Below, one piece after another: positions 38,461-49,487 of a DNA stretch of 64,000 bases. Made by a program: the position numbers and the translations under genes. Origin of the DNA: an uncultured bacterium (GTDB taxonomy: Bacteria; Verrucomicrobiota; Kiritimatiellia; RFP12; UBA1067); assembly GCA_902779565.1 (NCBI GenBank), contig CACZCD010000006.1, positions 11,413-75,412 on the forward strand, given 5' to 3'. A model generated the notes under the pieces. The model was not told the DNA's origin. It was given only the letters and a program-made list of their open reading frames with translations, and did not search any database. Positions within the stretch are counted from its first letter, which is position 1, and the number at the start of each line of letters is the position of its first letter.

Positions 38461-39451
38461 AGACACTCTCGCCAATCGCCGTGGGGCGGATATGGCGGTG
38501 GAGAATCTCGCGTCTGCGCTTCAGGAGCGCGGCGCGAGATTTGGGGAACGGGGAATGGGGAGCGGGGAATGGGAAGTTGTCCTATTTGAGGAGCGCGAAT
38601 TCGAGGCTCGCATGAACGAACGGTGGGATGTCGTGATTTCCACCGGCACTAACGAACTCCTCGACCTCTACGACTATTTTTCTGTACGATCGACACGTTC
38701 TACACGGCTACCCCTATCCCCCGTTCCCCATTTCCCATTCCCCATAATCCAACAATTCCACACCAACCCCAAGAGCCAATTCAAGTGGAAACGGTTCGTC
38801 CGAAACTGGAAGATCAGAAGGGCGCTGCGCCACGTTGCCGCGATTCAGGTGTTGCGTGAAGAGGTCGTGCGGCAAGTTGCGAAGTATGGGCCGCCGGTTT
38901 CGGTGATCGGCAACTGGAGCGAATGGGAGGGACGGGCGCGGATGGAGCCGCCGAGGGGCCAGACAATTATCTATCCCGCCGTTTGGGGCAGGGGCAAGAA
39001 TCAGCGTCTTGCCGTAGAATCATTCGCTTCGGTTTCAAAGGATTTCCCGGGATGGTCGCTTGAACTCTATGGCAACGGGACTCCAACCTTCCCGCTGCCA
39101 GAGGGGGTGGTGCATAAAGGCTACTGCGATTTGGGTGCGGTTTATGCCTCCTGCGCATTTGTTGCATTTCCGTCGCTTGACGAGGGCTTCCCGCTGACGC
39201 TTGTTGATGCCGCAGCATTCGGCCGCCCGGCCGTTACAGTGTGCGATTGGGTCGGGGCCGCCGCCGTTGGCGGCGGAATCGTCGCCGAACCGACGGTCGC
39301 CTCCTATTCTGCCGCATTGCGGCGATTGATGTCCAGCGAAGAGCTGAGGTGCGAGATGGGAAGGGTCGCAAACCGATTCTGCCTGGAACGGTACTCCCGG
39401 AAGGTCATTTTGGACAAGTGGGAAACTTTGCTTGAAAGTGTGGTAAAATAG
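38441..39451 (+). CDS. glycosyltransferase family 4 (GT-B fold), N-domain carrying in-frame G-rich and C-rich repeat insertions
   Basis: C-terminal GT4 pattern (E..FP, FP.L.EGF, G.P.V); insertions at 38543-38574 and 38711-38744. Confidence 0.7.
   Translation: MKIGIYKDTLANRRGADMAVENLASALQERGARFGERGMGSGEWEVVLFEEREFEARMNERWDVVISTGTNELLDLYDYFSVRSTRSTRLPLSPVPHFPFPIIQQFHTNPKSQFKWKRFVRNWKIRRALRHVAAIQVLREEVVRQVAKYGPPVSVIGNWSEWEGRARMEPPRGQTIIYPAVWGRGKNQRLAVESFASVSKDFPGWSLELYGNGTPTFPLPEGVVHKGYCDLGAVYASCAFVAFPSLDEGFPLTLVDAAAFGRPAVTVCDWVGAAAVGGGIVAEPTVASYSAALRRLMSSEELRCEMGRVANRFCLERYSRKVILDKWETLLESVVK
38543..38574 (+). repeat. G-quadruplex-type tract GGGGAACGGGGAATGGGGAGCGGGGAATGGG, in-frame
   Basis: Encodes RFGERGMGSGEW. 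Confidence 0.8.
38711..38744 (-). repeat. same (GGGGAAY)n family in inverted orientation (C-rich on + strand), in-frame
   Basis: CCCCTATCCCCCGTTCCCCATTTCCCATTCCCC. Confidence 0.8.
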
Positions 39452-39465
39452 GCGCCCGTAAAAAC

Positions 39466-41436
<1,971 letters not shown>

Positions 41437-41493
41437 GGAATTTGCGGGCGGACCGTGCGCTGTTGCGCACCCCCTTGCGCGGAAAGAGCGCTT

Positions 41494-41512
41494 GTGCTAC
41501 AATACGCGCCGT
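41494..41512 (+). promoter_or_regulatory. promoter CTTGTGCTACAATACGCGCC for the aro supraoperon
   Basis: Consensus motif 18 nt upstream of the leader-peptide RBS. Confidence 0.5.
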
Positions 41513-41529
41513 TTAAGGCAAAGAAGGCA

Positions 41530-41604
41530 ATGAACGGACAGTTTAAGTTTGCGTGGTATTACTACTTCGGGTTTACGACCCGGAGCGGTTGCTCGCATGC
41601 TTGA
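41530..41604 (+). CDS. attenuator leader peptide MNGQFKFAWYYYFGFTTRSGCSHA (8 aromatic residues in 11)
   Basis: AAGAAGG RBS, ATG, run of F/W/Y codons, stop; followed by an alternative-hairpin region and a terminator. Confidence 0.6.
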   Translation: MNGQFKFAWYYYFGFTTRSGCSHA

Positions 41605-41634
41605 ACGGTCCCATGAACCGGATTCAGACTAAGC

Positions 41635-41671
41635 GACCCCGCTCCAGAAAAGAGCGAGGTCGTTTTTGTTT
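41635..41671 (+). terminator. attenuator terminator GACCCCGCTC-CAGAAAA-GAGCGAGGTC-TTTTTGTTTG
   Basis: 9 of 10 bp stem plus U-run; upstream GGAGCGG (41583-41589) can pair with CCGCTCC of the 5' arm as an antiterminator. Confidence 0.6.
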
Positions 41672-41710
41672 GAACGGGCCGCGAAACGGATTTAGAAAGG
41701 AACAAGAGAA

Positions 41711-42721
41711 ATGATCATCATATTGAAGAAGGACGCAGACCCCAAGCAGGTCGAGAGCCTTGTGAAGTGGCTGAAGGACCGCCACATCACGCCCAACATC
41801 AGCACCGGCGAGCGCGAGACGCTTATCGGCTGCATCGGTGACGTTGCGAAGATGGATATCGGTCTCGTTCAGGCGTTGAGCGTGGTCGAACGCGTTCAGC
41901 GGATCCAGGAGCCGTACAAGGCGGCGAACCGCAAGTTCCATCCCGAGGATTCGGTGGTGGATTGCTCCGGGGTGAAGATCGGCGCCGGGAACTTCCAGGT
42001 GATCGCCGGTCCCTGCAGTGTGGAGTCCGTGGAGCAGATGGTGGGGATCGCCAAGAGCGTGAAGGCGGCCGGCGCCACGCTTCTCCGGGGTGGTGCGTTC
42101 AAGCCGCGCACTTCGCCCTACGCGTTCCAGGGACTCGGCCAGCGCGGAATCGAGATCCTCCTTGAGGCGAAGAAGGAGACGGGGCTTCCCATCGTCACGG
42201 AGCTGATGAGCATCGAGCATCTGCCGCTCTTCAACGATGTGGACGTGATCCAGATCGGGGCGCGGAACATGCAGAACTTCGACCTGCTCAAGGAAGTGGG
42301 GTCGATGACGAAGAAGCCGATCCTTCTCAAGCGCGGCATGAGCGCCACGCTTCAGGAACTGTTGATGAGCGCGGAGTACATCATGGCGAGCGGCAACCCG
42401 AACGTGATGCTCTGCGAGCGCGGCATCCGCACGTTCGAGACGGCGATGCGCAACACGATCGATCTCACGGTGATCCCGATGCTGAAGCGTCTTTCGCATC
42501 TGCCGGTGGTGATCGATCCGAGCCACGCGACCGGCTACTCGTACCTCGTGGAGCCGTGCGCGATGGGCGCGACGGCCATGGGGGCGGACGCCCTCATCAT
42601 CGAGGTCCACAACGATCCGGCGCACGCCCTCTGCGATGGCGTGCAGAGCCAGACGCCTGAGATGTTCGCAGAGATGATGCAGAAGATCAACGCGCTGCGA
42701 CCCTATGCGTGGAAGAGGTGA
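41711..42721 (+). CDS. aroF: 3-deoxy-7-phosphoheptulonate (DAHP) synthase, type I-beta with N-terminal ferredoxin-like regulatory domain
   Basis: KDO8PS/AroA(Q)-family (beta/alpha)8 pattern ([24 protein letters not shown]). Confidence 0.9.
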   Translation: MIIILKKDADPKQVESLVKWLKDRHITPNISTGERETLIGCIGDVAKMDIGLVQALSVVERVQRIQEPYKAANRKFHPEDSVVDCSGVKIGAGNFQVIAGPCSVESVEQMVGIAKSVKAAGATLLRGGAFKPRTSPYAFQGLGQRGIEILLEAKKETGLPIVTELMSIEHLPLFNDVDVIQIGARNMQNFDLLKEVGSMTKKPILLKRGMSATLQELLMSAEYIMASGNPNVMLCERGIRTFETAMRNTIDLTVIPMLKRLSHLPVVIDPSHATGYSYLVEPCAMGATAMGADALIIEVHNDPAHALCDGVQSQTPEMFAEMMQKINALRPYAWKR

Positions 42722-42727
42722 TAACTG

Positions 42728-43016
42728 GTAGGTAATGTCGTAAAATTTGGGAAGATATCATGGGAAAACAGGGAGAGATTCTGGGGGCAGGAAGAAGTTA
42801 TGGGAAAACAGGAAGAGATTATGGGAATACAGGATGATATTACGAGAATGCGGAGTAAAAACTCCCCCTCTAAGATAGAGGGGGTGGCCGGAGGCCGGGG
42901 GAGTATGACGGGGGACGGAATCATACCCCTTCGCCCCTTCGGGGCACTCCCCCTGTCTCAGGGGGAGAGTTTGACATGCCATACCCAACTGTGTGACATT
43001 ACCAACTGATAACTGA
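42728..43016. mobile_element. MITE-like insertion: 9-bp direct repeats TGATAACTG, about 12-bp TIRs GTAGGTAATGTC/GACATTACCAAC, three 21-nt tandem repeats and three GC hairpins
   Basis: Seen in sequence between the aroF stop and pheA; contains a TTGACA -35-like box near its right end. Confidence 0.45.
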
Positions 43017-43061
43017 TAGATGATAACTGACAGATGATAACAGAAGGAGGAGAGACAAGAG

Positions 43062-44207
43062 ATGAATCTGAATGAGATACGGAGCGAGATTGATGCGATC
43101 GACGGCGAACTCGTGAAACTGTTCGTGCGGCGGATGGAAGCCTCCGAGAAGGTCGCGGCGGCGAAGCGCGGGAGCGCGACGCCTGTCCAGGATCCGGCTC
43201 GTGAGCGCGAGATCCTTGCGAAGGTTGCGAAGGCTGTTGGGCCGGACTTCGAGAACGAGGCGCGGCTCCTCTTCACCACATTGATGTCGATGTCGCGGGG
43301 ACGTCAGCGCGCCGAGTTGGCGGCGGACAACGCTTTCGTGAAGGAAATCGCCGCCGCAATCGCCTCCACGCCCGACCGCTTCCCTTCGTCTGCGACGGTC
43401 GCCTGCTCCGGTGTGGAGGGTTCCTACTCGCAGCAGGCCGTTTGTCGGCTCGTGCATTTTCCGACCATCTTCTACTTCAAGGGGTTTGATGACGTGTTTG
43501 CCGCCGTCGAGAAGGGCATGTGCGACTATGGCGTGTTGCCGATCGAGAACTCGGCGGTCGGCAGCGTGACCGCCGTCTATGACCTGATGGCGAAGCACCA
43601 CTTCAAGATCGTGAAGGCGATGAAGCTGCGCATCCGGCATGTGCTGCTCGCCGCGCCGGGCGTGAAGTTCGCGGATGTGAAGGAGATCTCGAGCCATCCG
43701 CACGCGCTGGCGCAGTGTTCGGCGTTCCTGCGCGAACAGCCCAATATCCGCGCGGTGCCGGCGACCAACACGGCGGCGGCCGCCGCGGAGCTGGCGAAGT
43801 CCGGCCGCCGCGACATGGCGGTGATCGCCTCGCGCGAATGCGCGGAGTTGTACGGGCTTGACGTGATCCGCGACGACATCGCGAACATCACAAGCAACTA
43901 CACGCGCTTCATCTGCATCTCGAATCGCGACGAGATCTATCCCGATGCCGACAAGTTTTCGGTGATGATGAGCCTGAACCACCGCCCGGGCGCGCTGACG
44001 GATGTCCTCGTGAAGTTCGCCGCCGCCGGGGTGAACCTCACGAAGCTCGAATCGCGTCCGGTGCCCGGTTCGGACTTCGAGTTCCGCTTCATCTTCGACT
44101 TCGAGGCGTCACCGCGCGATCCGCGTGTGGTGAAGATGCTCGCCGGCTTCACGGTGGATCCGGAGATCGAGCATTTCACGTTCCTTGGTGCTTACTCCGA
44201 AAGGTGA
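43062..44207 (+). CDS. pheA: chorismate mutase / prephenate dehydratase (P-protein) with ACT domain
   Basis: CM domain, PDT, ACT; strong AGGAGG RBS. Confidence 0.9.
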   Translation: MNLNEIRSEIDAIDGELVKLFVRRMEASEKVAAAKRGSATPVQDPAREREILAKVAKAVGPDFENEARLLFTTLMSMSRGRQRAELAADNAFVKEIAAAIASTPDRFPSSATVACSGVEGSYSQQAVCRLVHFPTIFYFKGFDDVFAAVEKGMCDYGVLPIENSAVGSVTAVYDLMAKHHFKIVKAMKLRIRHVLLAAPGVKFADVKEISSHPHALAQCSAFLREQPNIRAVPATNTAAAAAELAKSGRRDMAVIASRECAELYGLDVIRDDIANITSNYTRFICISNRDEIYPDADKFSVMMSLNHRPGALTDVLVKFAAAGVNLTKLESRPVPGSDFEFRFIFDFEASPRDPRVVKMLAGFTVDPEIEHFTFLGAYSER

Positions 44208-44220
44208 GACGTTTCCCGCT

Positions 44221-45276
44221 ATGACACGCATCCGAATACAGACGACGGTGCCGTACGAGGTGGAGATTGGCGCGGGCGTTTCCGTCGCCGCGCCCCAGTT
44301 CGTCCGCGAGGCGCTTCCCCGCGCGCGGAAGGTGGCGGTGGTGACGGATTCCAATCTTGAGCCGTTGCACGCCGTAGCGGTCGTCGCGGATTTTTCCGCT
44401 GCCGGATTTGAAACCGAGACGTTCGTGTTCCCCGCGGGCGAACGGTCCAAGACGCTCGCCACCTACGGTTCGATCCTGGACTTTCTCGCCGCGCACCGGC
44501 TCGACCGGACAGATGTGGTGGTGGCGCTCGGTGGTGGCGTGACGGGAGACATGGCCGGTTTCGCCGCCGCCACCTACAAGCGGGGTATCGCGTTCGTGCA
44601 GATTCCCACGTCTCTGTTGGCGATGGTGGATTCGTCCGTCGGCGGTAAGACGGGTGTGGATCTTCCTGCCGGCAAGAATCTCGTGGGGGCGTTCCATCAG
44701 CCGCGCGCGGTGTTCTGCGACATGGATTATCTGGCGACGCTGCCGGAGGACTGGCGCATGGATGGCATGGGCGAGGTGCTGAAATACGCGATCCTTGGCG
44801 ATGCCAATCTTTTCGCCAAGCTTGAACGTCAGCCGCGCGCACCGATCGGGGAATGCGAAATCGCCGAATGCGTGGGGATGAAGCGTGATATCGTGGAACG
44901 CGACGAGCGCGAAGGGAACGTGCGCAAACTTCTCAATCTCGGGCATACCTTCGCACACGCGATCGAGACGTTGAGCGGCTATGCGGTGTCGCATGGGCGC
45001 GCGGTCGCGACGGGGTTGGCGATGGCTGCGCGTGCGTCCGTGAAGGCGGGCGCGCTCGCCGCGCCGGAGAGTGCGCGCATCGAGGCGCTCGTCGCGGCGA
45101 TGGGCTATGCGACGCATGTCGAGTTCCCTACGGCGGCGCTCGTCGAGGCGATGTTGAGCGACAAGAAGGTGTCGGGCGACGCGATTGATTTTGTACTGCC
45201 CCAGACAATCGGAAAGTGTTTCGTGAAGCGGACGCCGCTCGCGGAGATCGGGAAGGTGGTTGAAGATGCCCGCTGA
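44221..45276 (+). CDS. aroB: 3-dehydroquinate synthase
   Basis: GGGVTGDMAGFAAATYKRGI and metal-binding His pattern. Confidence 0.9.
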   Translation: MTRIRIQTTVPYEVEIGAGVSVAAPQFVREALPRARKVAVVTDSNLEPLHAVAVVADFSAAGFETETFVFPAGERSKTLATYGSILDFLAAHRLDRTDVVVALGGGVTGDMAGFAAATYKRGIAFVQIPTSLLAMVDSSVGGKTGVDLPAGKNLVGAFHQPRAVFCDMDYLATLPEDWRMDGMGEVLKYAILGDANLFAKLERQPRAPIGECEIAECVGMKRDIVERDEREGNVRKLLNLGHTFAHAIETLSGYAVSHGRAVATGLAMAARASVKAGALAAPESARIEALVAAMGYATHVEFPTAALVEAMLSDKKVSGDAIDFVLPQTIGKCFVKRTPLAEIGKVVEDAR

Positions 45277-46333
45277 CGGGAAACGGAAAACCATTCTGCC
45301 TGGTCCGCGTCAAGGGCGCGTGACCGTGCCATCCTCCAAGTCGATCGCCCACCGCGAACTGATCGCGGCGGTCTTGAGCGGTGTGGAGGAGCCGAAAATT
45401 CGTGGCACCTCGAAAGATATCGAGGCCACGCGCCGGTGCTTGGCGGCAATGCAGGCGGGCGATCCGGTCTGGCCCTGCGGCGAGAGCGGCTCCACGCTCC
45501 GTTTCCTCACGCCTCTTGCGGGGGTGATGGGATGGAAGGGACGTTTCCAGTGCGAAGGGCGGTTGGCGGAACGGCCGCAGATGCCGTTCGAGCGGAAATC
45601 GCGATATGTCGTGCCGGGCAACGTGTCGTCGCAGTTTGTCTCGGGGCTTCTGATGGCGTTGCCGTTGGCGGATTGGGACAGTGAGATCGTTGTGGAGGGA
45701 GCGCTCCAGAGCGCGGCCTACGTGGCGCTCACCGAGGCGACGCTGCGTGCGGCGGGATTGAAATTTGAGAAGCCCGCCGCCGGACATTGGAAGATCCCCG
45801 GACATCAGCGTTACCAAATTGCGGGTGGGCGTACGGTGGAGGGCGACTGGTCGCAGGCGGCGTTTTTCTTGGCGATGGACGGCGTAACGGTTGACGGACT
45901 TGACGCGCACTCGCTTCAGGGTGACCGTGCGGTGCTGGAGCTTCTCGGGAAATCGGTCGTGGATGCAGGGCCTGTCCCCGATCTCATTCCCGCCCTTGCG
46001 GCGCATGCCGCCGGACGGGAAGGATGTTCACAGTTTATAAACTGTGGACGTCTGCGGCTCAAGGAAAGCGACCGGCTTGAATCGACGGCGGCGATGATCA
46101 ACGCCGTGGGGGGTGAGGCGCGGATTGAAGGGGACACGTTGATTGTGCAGGGCGTGAAACGGTTGCGTGGCGGGGAGGTCCAGACGATGGGGGATCACCG
46201 TATCGCGATGTCCGCCGCCGTTCTCGCGTGTCGGGCGGAGGGGCCGATCATCGTGGACGATGCGACGGTCGTCGCGAAGTCGTATCCGGCCTTTTGGGAA
46301 GATTTCGAACAGTTAGAAAGGGAGGAGCCATGA
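45260..46333 (+). CDS. aroA: 3-phosphoshikimate 1-carboxyvinyltransferase (EPSP synthase), compact 357 aa
   Basis: SKSIAHR, ESGSTLRFL, RLKESDRL, GDHRIAM motifs; TTG start per ORF track. Confidence 0.85.
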   Translation: MKMPADGKRKTILPGPRQGRVTVPSSKSIAHRELIAAVLSGVEEPKIRGTSKDIEATRRCLAAMQAGDPVWPCGESGSTLRFLTPLAGVMGWKGRFQCEGRLAERPQMPFERKSRYVVPGNVSSQFVSGLLMALPLADWDSEIVVEGALQSAAYVALTEATLRAAGLKFEKPAAGHWKIPGHQRYQIAGGRTVEGDWSQAAFFLAMDGVTVDGLDAHSLQGDRAVLELLGKSVVDAGPVPDLIPALAAHAAGREGCSQFINCGRLRLKESDRLESTAAMINAVGGEARIEGDTLIVQGVKRLRGGEVQTMGDHRIAMSAAVLACRAEGPIIVDDATVVAKSYPAFWEDFEQLEREEP

Positions 46334-47340
46334 ACAGCACCTACGGAACAAACTTCCGCGTGGCGATCTTCGGTGAATCGCATGCGCCGGCGATTGGCGT
46401 GGAGATCGAGGGCGTGCCGGCGGGGATGAAGATCGACCGCGACGCGTTGCAGGCGTTCCTCGACCGCCGTGCGCCGGGACGCGATGCGTATTCGACGTCT
46501 CGCCAGGAGGCGGACATCCCGGAGTTTCTGTGCGGCGTGAAGGAGGGCGTCGCCACGGGTGCGCCGCTCGTGGCGATCATCCGGAATGGCGATACACGTT
46601 CGAAGGATTATGGTAACCTGGCGAATGTGCCGCGTCCGGGTCATGCGGACTATCCCGCCGAGGTGCGTTTCAAGGGACATCAGGACAAGGCCGGCGGCGG
46701 ACATTTCTCCGGTCGGCTGACGGCGCCGCTGTGTATCGCGGGCGGGATTGCCCTTCAGCTGCTGGCGCGTGCGGGCGTGACGATTGAGGCGCGTGCGGTT
46801 CGTATCGGCGGCGAGACGGATCCCGAGAAGATGAAGGACGCCATTGCCGCCGCGCGTGCTGAAGGCGATTCGGTGGGCGGCGTGGTCGAAGCGACGGTGA
46901 AGGGGCTGCCGGTCGGTGTGGGTGACCCGATGTTCGGCGGATTGGAGAATCGCATTGCGCAGGCGGTGTTCGGTATTCCGGCGGTGAAGGGAATCGAGTT
47001 CGGCGAAGGGTTCGCCGCCGCCGAGCTGAAGGGCAGCGAGAACAACGACCCTTACGGAATTGTCGAGGGACAGGTGACGCCGCTCACGAACCATGCGGGC
47101 GGGATTTTGGGTGGGCTCTCCACCGGCGCGCCGCTCGTGTTCCGCGTGGCGTTCAAGCCGACGCCGTCCATCGCCAAAGAGCAGGACTCCGTCGATCTCT
47201 CAACACGGACACCGGTGAAGCTTGTGGTGAAGGGACGCCATGATCCGTGCGTGGTGCTGCGTGCCGTCCCGTGCGTTGAGGCGGCGGCGGCGATTGCGCT
47301 GTACGATGCGATCCTCGAGTGGCGGAAGGAGCCCGCATGA
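46330..47340 (+). CDS. aroC: chorismate synthase
   Basis: FGESHAP...G.P.G N-terminal signature and RHDPCV motif; ATGA-coupled. Confidence 0.85.
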   Translation: MNSTYGTNFRVAIFGESHAPAIGVEIEGVPAGMKIDRDALQAFLDRRAPGRDAYSTSRQEADIPEFLCGVKEGVATGAPLVAIIRNGDTRSKDYGNLANVPRPGHADYPAEVRFKGHQDKAGGGHFSGRLTAPLCIAGGIALQLLARAGVTIEARAVRIGGETDPEKMKDAIAAARAEGDSVGGVVEATVKGLPVGVGDPMFGGLENRIAQAVFGIPAVKGIEFGEGFAAAELKGSENNDPYGIVEGQVTPLTNHAGGILGGLSTGAPLVFRVAFKPTPSIAKEQDSVDLSTRTPVKLVVKGRHDPCVVLRAVPCVEAAAAIALYDAILEWRKEPA

Positions 47341-48113
47341 CGATCGGCATCCGGGGCATGGGGCTGATTGGCGGCTCGTTTGAAAAGGCGTTCGCGCGCG
47401 CAGGGCATCGCGTGGTGAACCTCAAGGAGGCGTCTGCCGCCGACATCCGTTCGTGCGGACTCGTCATCGTGTGTCTGCCGCCGCTGATGGTCGCGCCGTG
47501 GATCGAGGCGCATGCGGCGGAGTTCGCCGACGACGCAATCGTCACCGATGCGGCGGGCGTGAAGGGCGTGGTGTGCGCGGCGTTGGCCGATCTCGCCCGA
47601 AAGGTTCCGTGGACCTATGTGGGCGGACATCCCATGGCGGGAAAGGAACGGAGTGGCTACGAAAACGCCACCGCCGATCTCTTCAAGGGCGCGTCGATGA
47701 TCTTCACGCCGTACGCGGGGGCAGACCCTGCCGTCCTCGAACGGTTGAAGGCGCTGTTCGCGGAGGCGGGGTTCGGTCGGTTCGTCGTCACCGATCCCAA
47801 GCATCACGACGAGATGATCGCGTACACGAGCCAGCTCGCCCATGTCGTTTCGTCGGCGTATGTGCGGGATGAACTGTCCGCGCAGCATCTCGGTTTCTCG
47901 GCGGGCAGCTATCAGGATATGACGCGCGTGGCGACGGTCAATCCCGAGATCTGGACGGATCTCTTCCTGTCGAACCGTGGCGCGCTGGAGGCGGTGCTGA
48001 CGCGTCTCATCGATCGGCTGTCGGGTTACCGCGATGCGCTGCACGCCGCCGACGCCGAGAAGCTGCGCGCGCTGTTGGCGGAAGGGCGCGCCGCCAAGGA
48101 ACGCGTGCATTGA
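47337..48113 (+). CDS. tyrA: prephenate dehydrogenase
   Basis: Rossmann GMGLIGGS plus PDH pattern (HPMAG). Confidence 0.8.
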   Translation: MTIGIRGMGLIGGSFEKAFARAGHRVVNLKEASAADIRSCGLVIVCLPPLMVAPWIEAHAAEFADDAIVTDAAGVKGVVCAALADLARKVPWTYVGGHPMAGKERSGYENATADLFKGASMIFTPYAGADPAVLERLKALFAEAGFGRFVVTDPKHHDEMIAYTSQLAHVVSSAYVRDELSAQHLGFSAGSYQDMTRVATVNPEIWTDLFLSNRGALEAVLTRLIDRLSGYRDALHAADAEKLRALLAEGRAAKERVH

Positions 48114-48126
48114 ATCGGGAGGTGTT

Positions 48127-49290
48127 ATGTCGTTGAAGTGCGGATTGCTGGGCGAGAAACTGGGACACAGCCGGTCGCCGGAGATACACCGGAAGCTGGG
48201 CGGCTACGAATATCGCCTTTACGAAAAGACGCCAGCGGAGGTGGAGGAGTTCCTTCTACGGGGCGATTATGATGTCCTTAATGTGACGATCCCTTACAAA
48301 AAGGTCGCCTTTGGACTTTGCAAGGAGGTTTCGCCCGTCGCCGCCGAACTGGGGAACGTGAATGTGGTCGTGAAGCGGATGGACGGCACGCTCTTCGGCG
48401 ACAACACCGACAAAGCGGGTTTCGAGAAACTGGTGTCGCTCGTGGGGGTGTCGGTGAATGGCCAGAAATGTGTGGTGCTGGGCACGGGCGGCGCGGCGAT
48501 GACGGCAGCGGCGGCGTTGCGCGGATTGGGCGCGGGCGCGGTCGTTCACATTTCGCGTTCAGGTCCGGACAACTACACCAATCTGGAGCGCCATGCCGAT
48601 GCGGCGATCCTCGTGAACGCCACGCCGGTAGGGATGTTCCCGTATGTCGAAGATCAACCGGTTTCGCTTTCGGCGTTTCCGCGCTGCGCGGCGGTGATCG
48701 ATCTCATCTACAATCCGTCGCCCACGAAACTGTTGGCCGAGGCGGCCGCGCGCGGTATCCCGCAGGTGGGCGGGCTGCCGATGTTGGAGGAACAGGCGCG
48801 GCTTGCCAGTGTGTACATGAACGCCAACCTTTATCTCTATGGCGCACCTGGCTCTGGCAAATCGACGTTCGGGCGGCAGCTGGCTGCCACCAAGGAGATG
48901 CCGTTTGTCGATCTGGATGATGAGATTGAAGCGCGTGACGGACGGAAGATCGCAGACATCTTCGCGCAGGACGGGGAGGCGGCGTTCCGTGCGATTGAGA
49001 AGGCGGCGTTGAAGCGCGTTTCCGCCACGCCCGGTCAGGTTGTTGCGTTGGGCGGCGGTGCGCTGCTCGCCCCCGAATCGCGGCAGGTGGCGGAGGCAAC
49101 GGGTCGTGTGATCTTTCTGGAGTGTCCGGAGGAGGAGCTGGTGCGCCGTGTTTCGTTGTCTCAGGCGCGGCCCTTGCTGGCTGGTGAGGCGGCCAAGCGT
49201 CTTCATGCACTGCTCGCCGCCCGCCACGACCACTACGCCTCCTTCAAGGAGCGGATCAAGACAACGCCCGAACGCGTACCGCGTCACTGA
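48127..49290 (+). CDS. aroE/aroK: bifunctional shikimate dehydrogenase / shikimate kinase fusion
   Basis: N-terminal AroE pattern (SRSP, NVTIPYK, NTD, GTGGAA); C-terminal Walker A GAPGSGKST and shikimate-kinase lid; GGGAGG RBS. Confidence 0.85.
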   Translation: MSLKCGLLGEKLGHSRSPEIHRKLGGYEYRLYEKTPAEVEEFLLRGDYDVLNVTIPYKKVAFGLCKEVSPVAAELGNVNVVVKRMDGTLFGDNTDKAGFEKLVSLVGVSVNGQKCVVLGTGGAAMTAAAALRGLGAGAVVHISRSGPDNYTNLERHADAAILVNATPVGMFPYVEDQPVSLSAFPRCAAVIDLIYNPSPTKLLAEAAARGIPQVGGLPMLEEQARLASVYMNANLYLYGAPGSGKSTFGRQLAATKEMPFVDLDDEIEARDGRKIADIFAQDGEAAFRAIEKAALKRVSATPGQVVALGGGALLAPESRQVAEATGRVIFLECPEEELVRRVSLSQARPLLAGEAAKRLHALLAARHDHYASFKERIKTTPERVPRH

Positions 49291-49487
49291 ACCGCAGGCG
49301 CGGAGCAGGGCTTTGCGCGGTTTATCGGGGGCGTGGTTCAGTGACGCAGCTTCGATGGAGGTCTTCCGGGCCACCACCTTGACGTTTTGAGCCGACTGTG
49401 GTACAGTATCCGTCGTTGTGCAAAATAGCACAATGCTTTTTCGCACAACGCCAAACAGTGCAATGTGATTTTAAAGAGGAGTGAGAT

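Noticed and set aside
42800-43009. 69-aa ORF MGKQEEIMGIQDD... inside the aroF-pheA spacer
   Set aside because: It is created by the 21-nt tandem repeats and GC hairpins of the MITE-like element. There is no RBS or coding signal.
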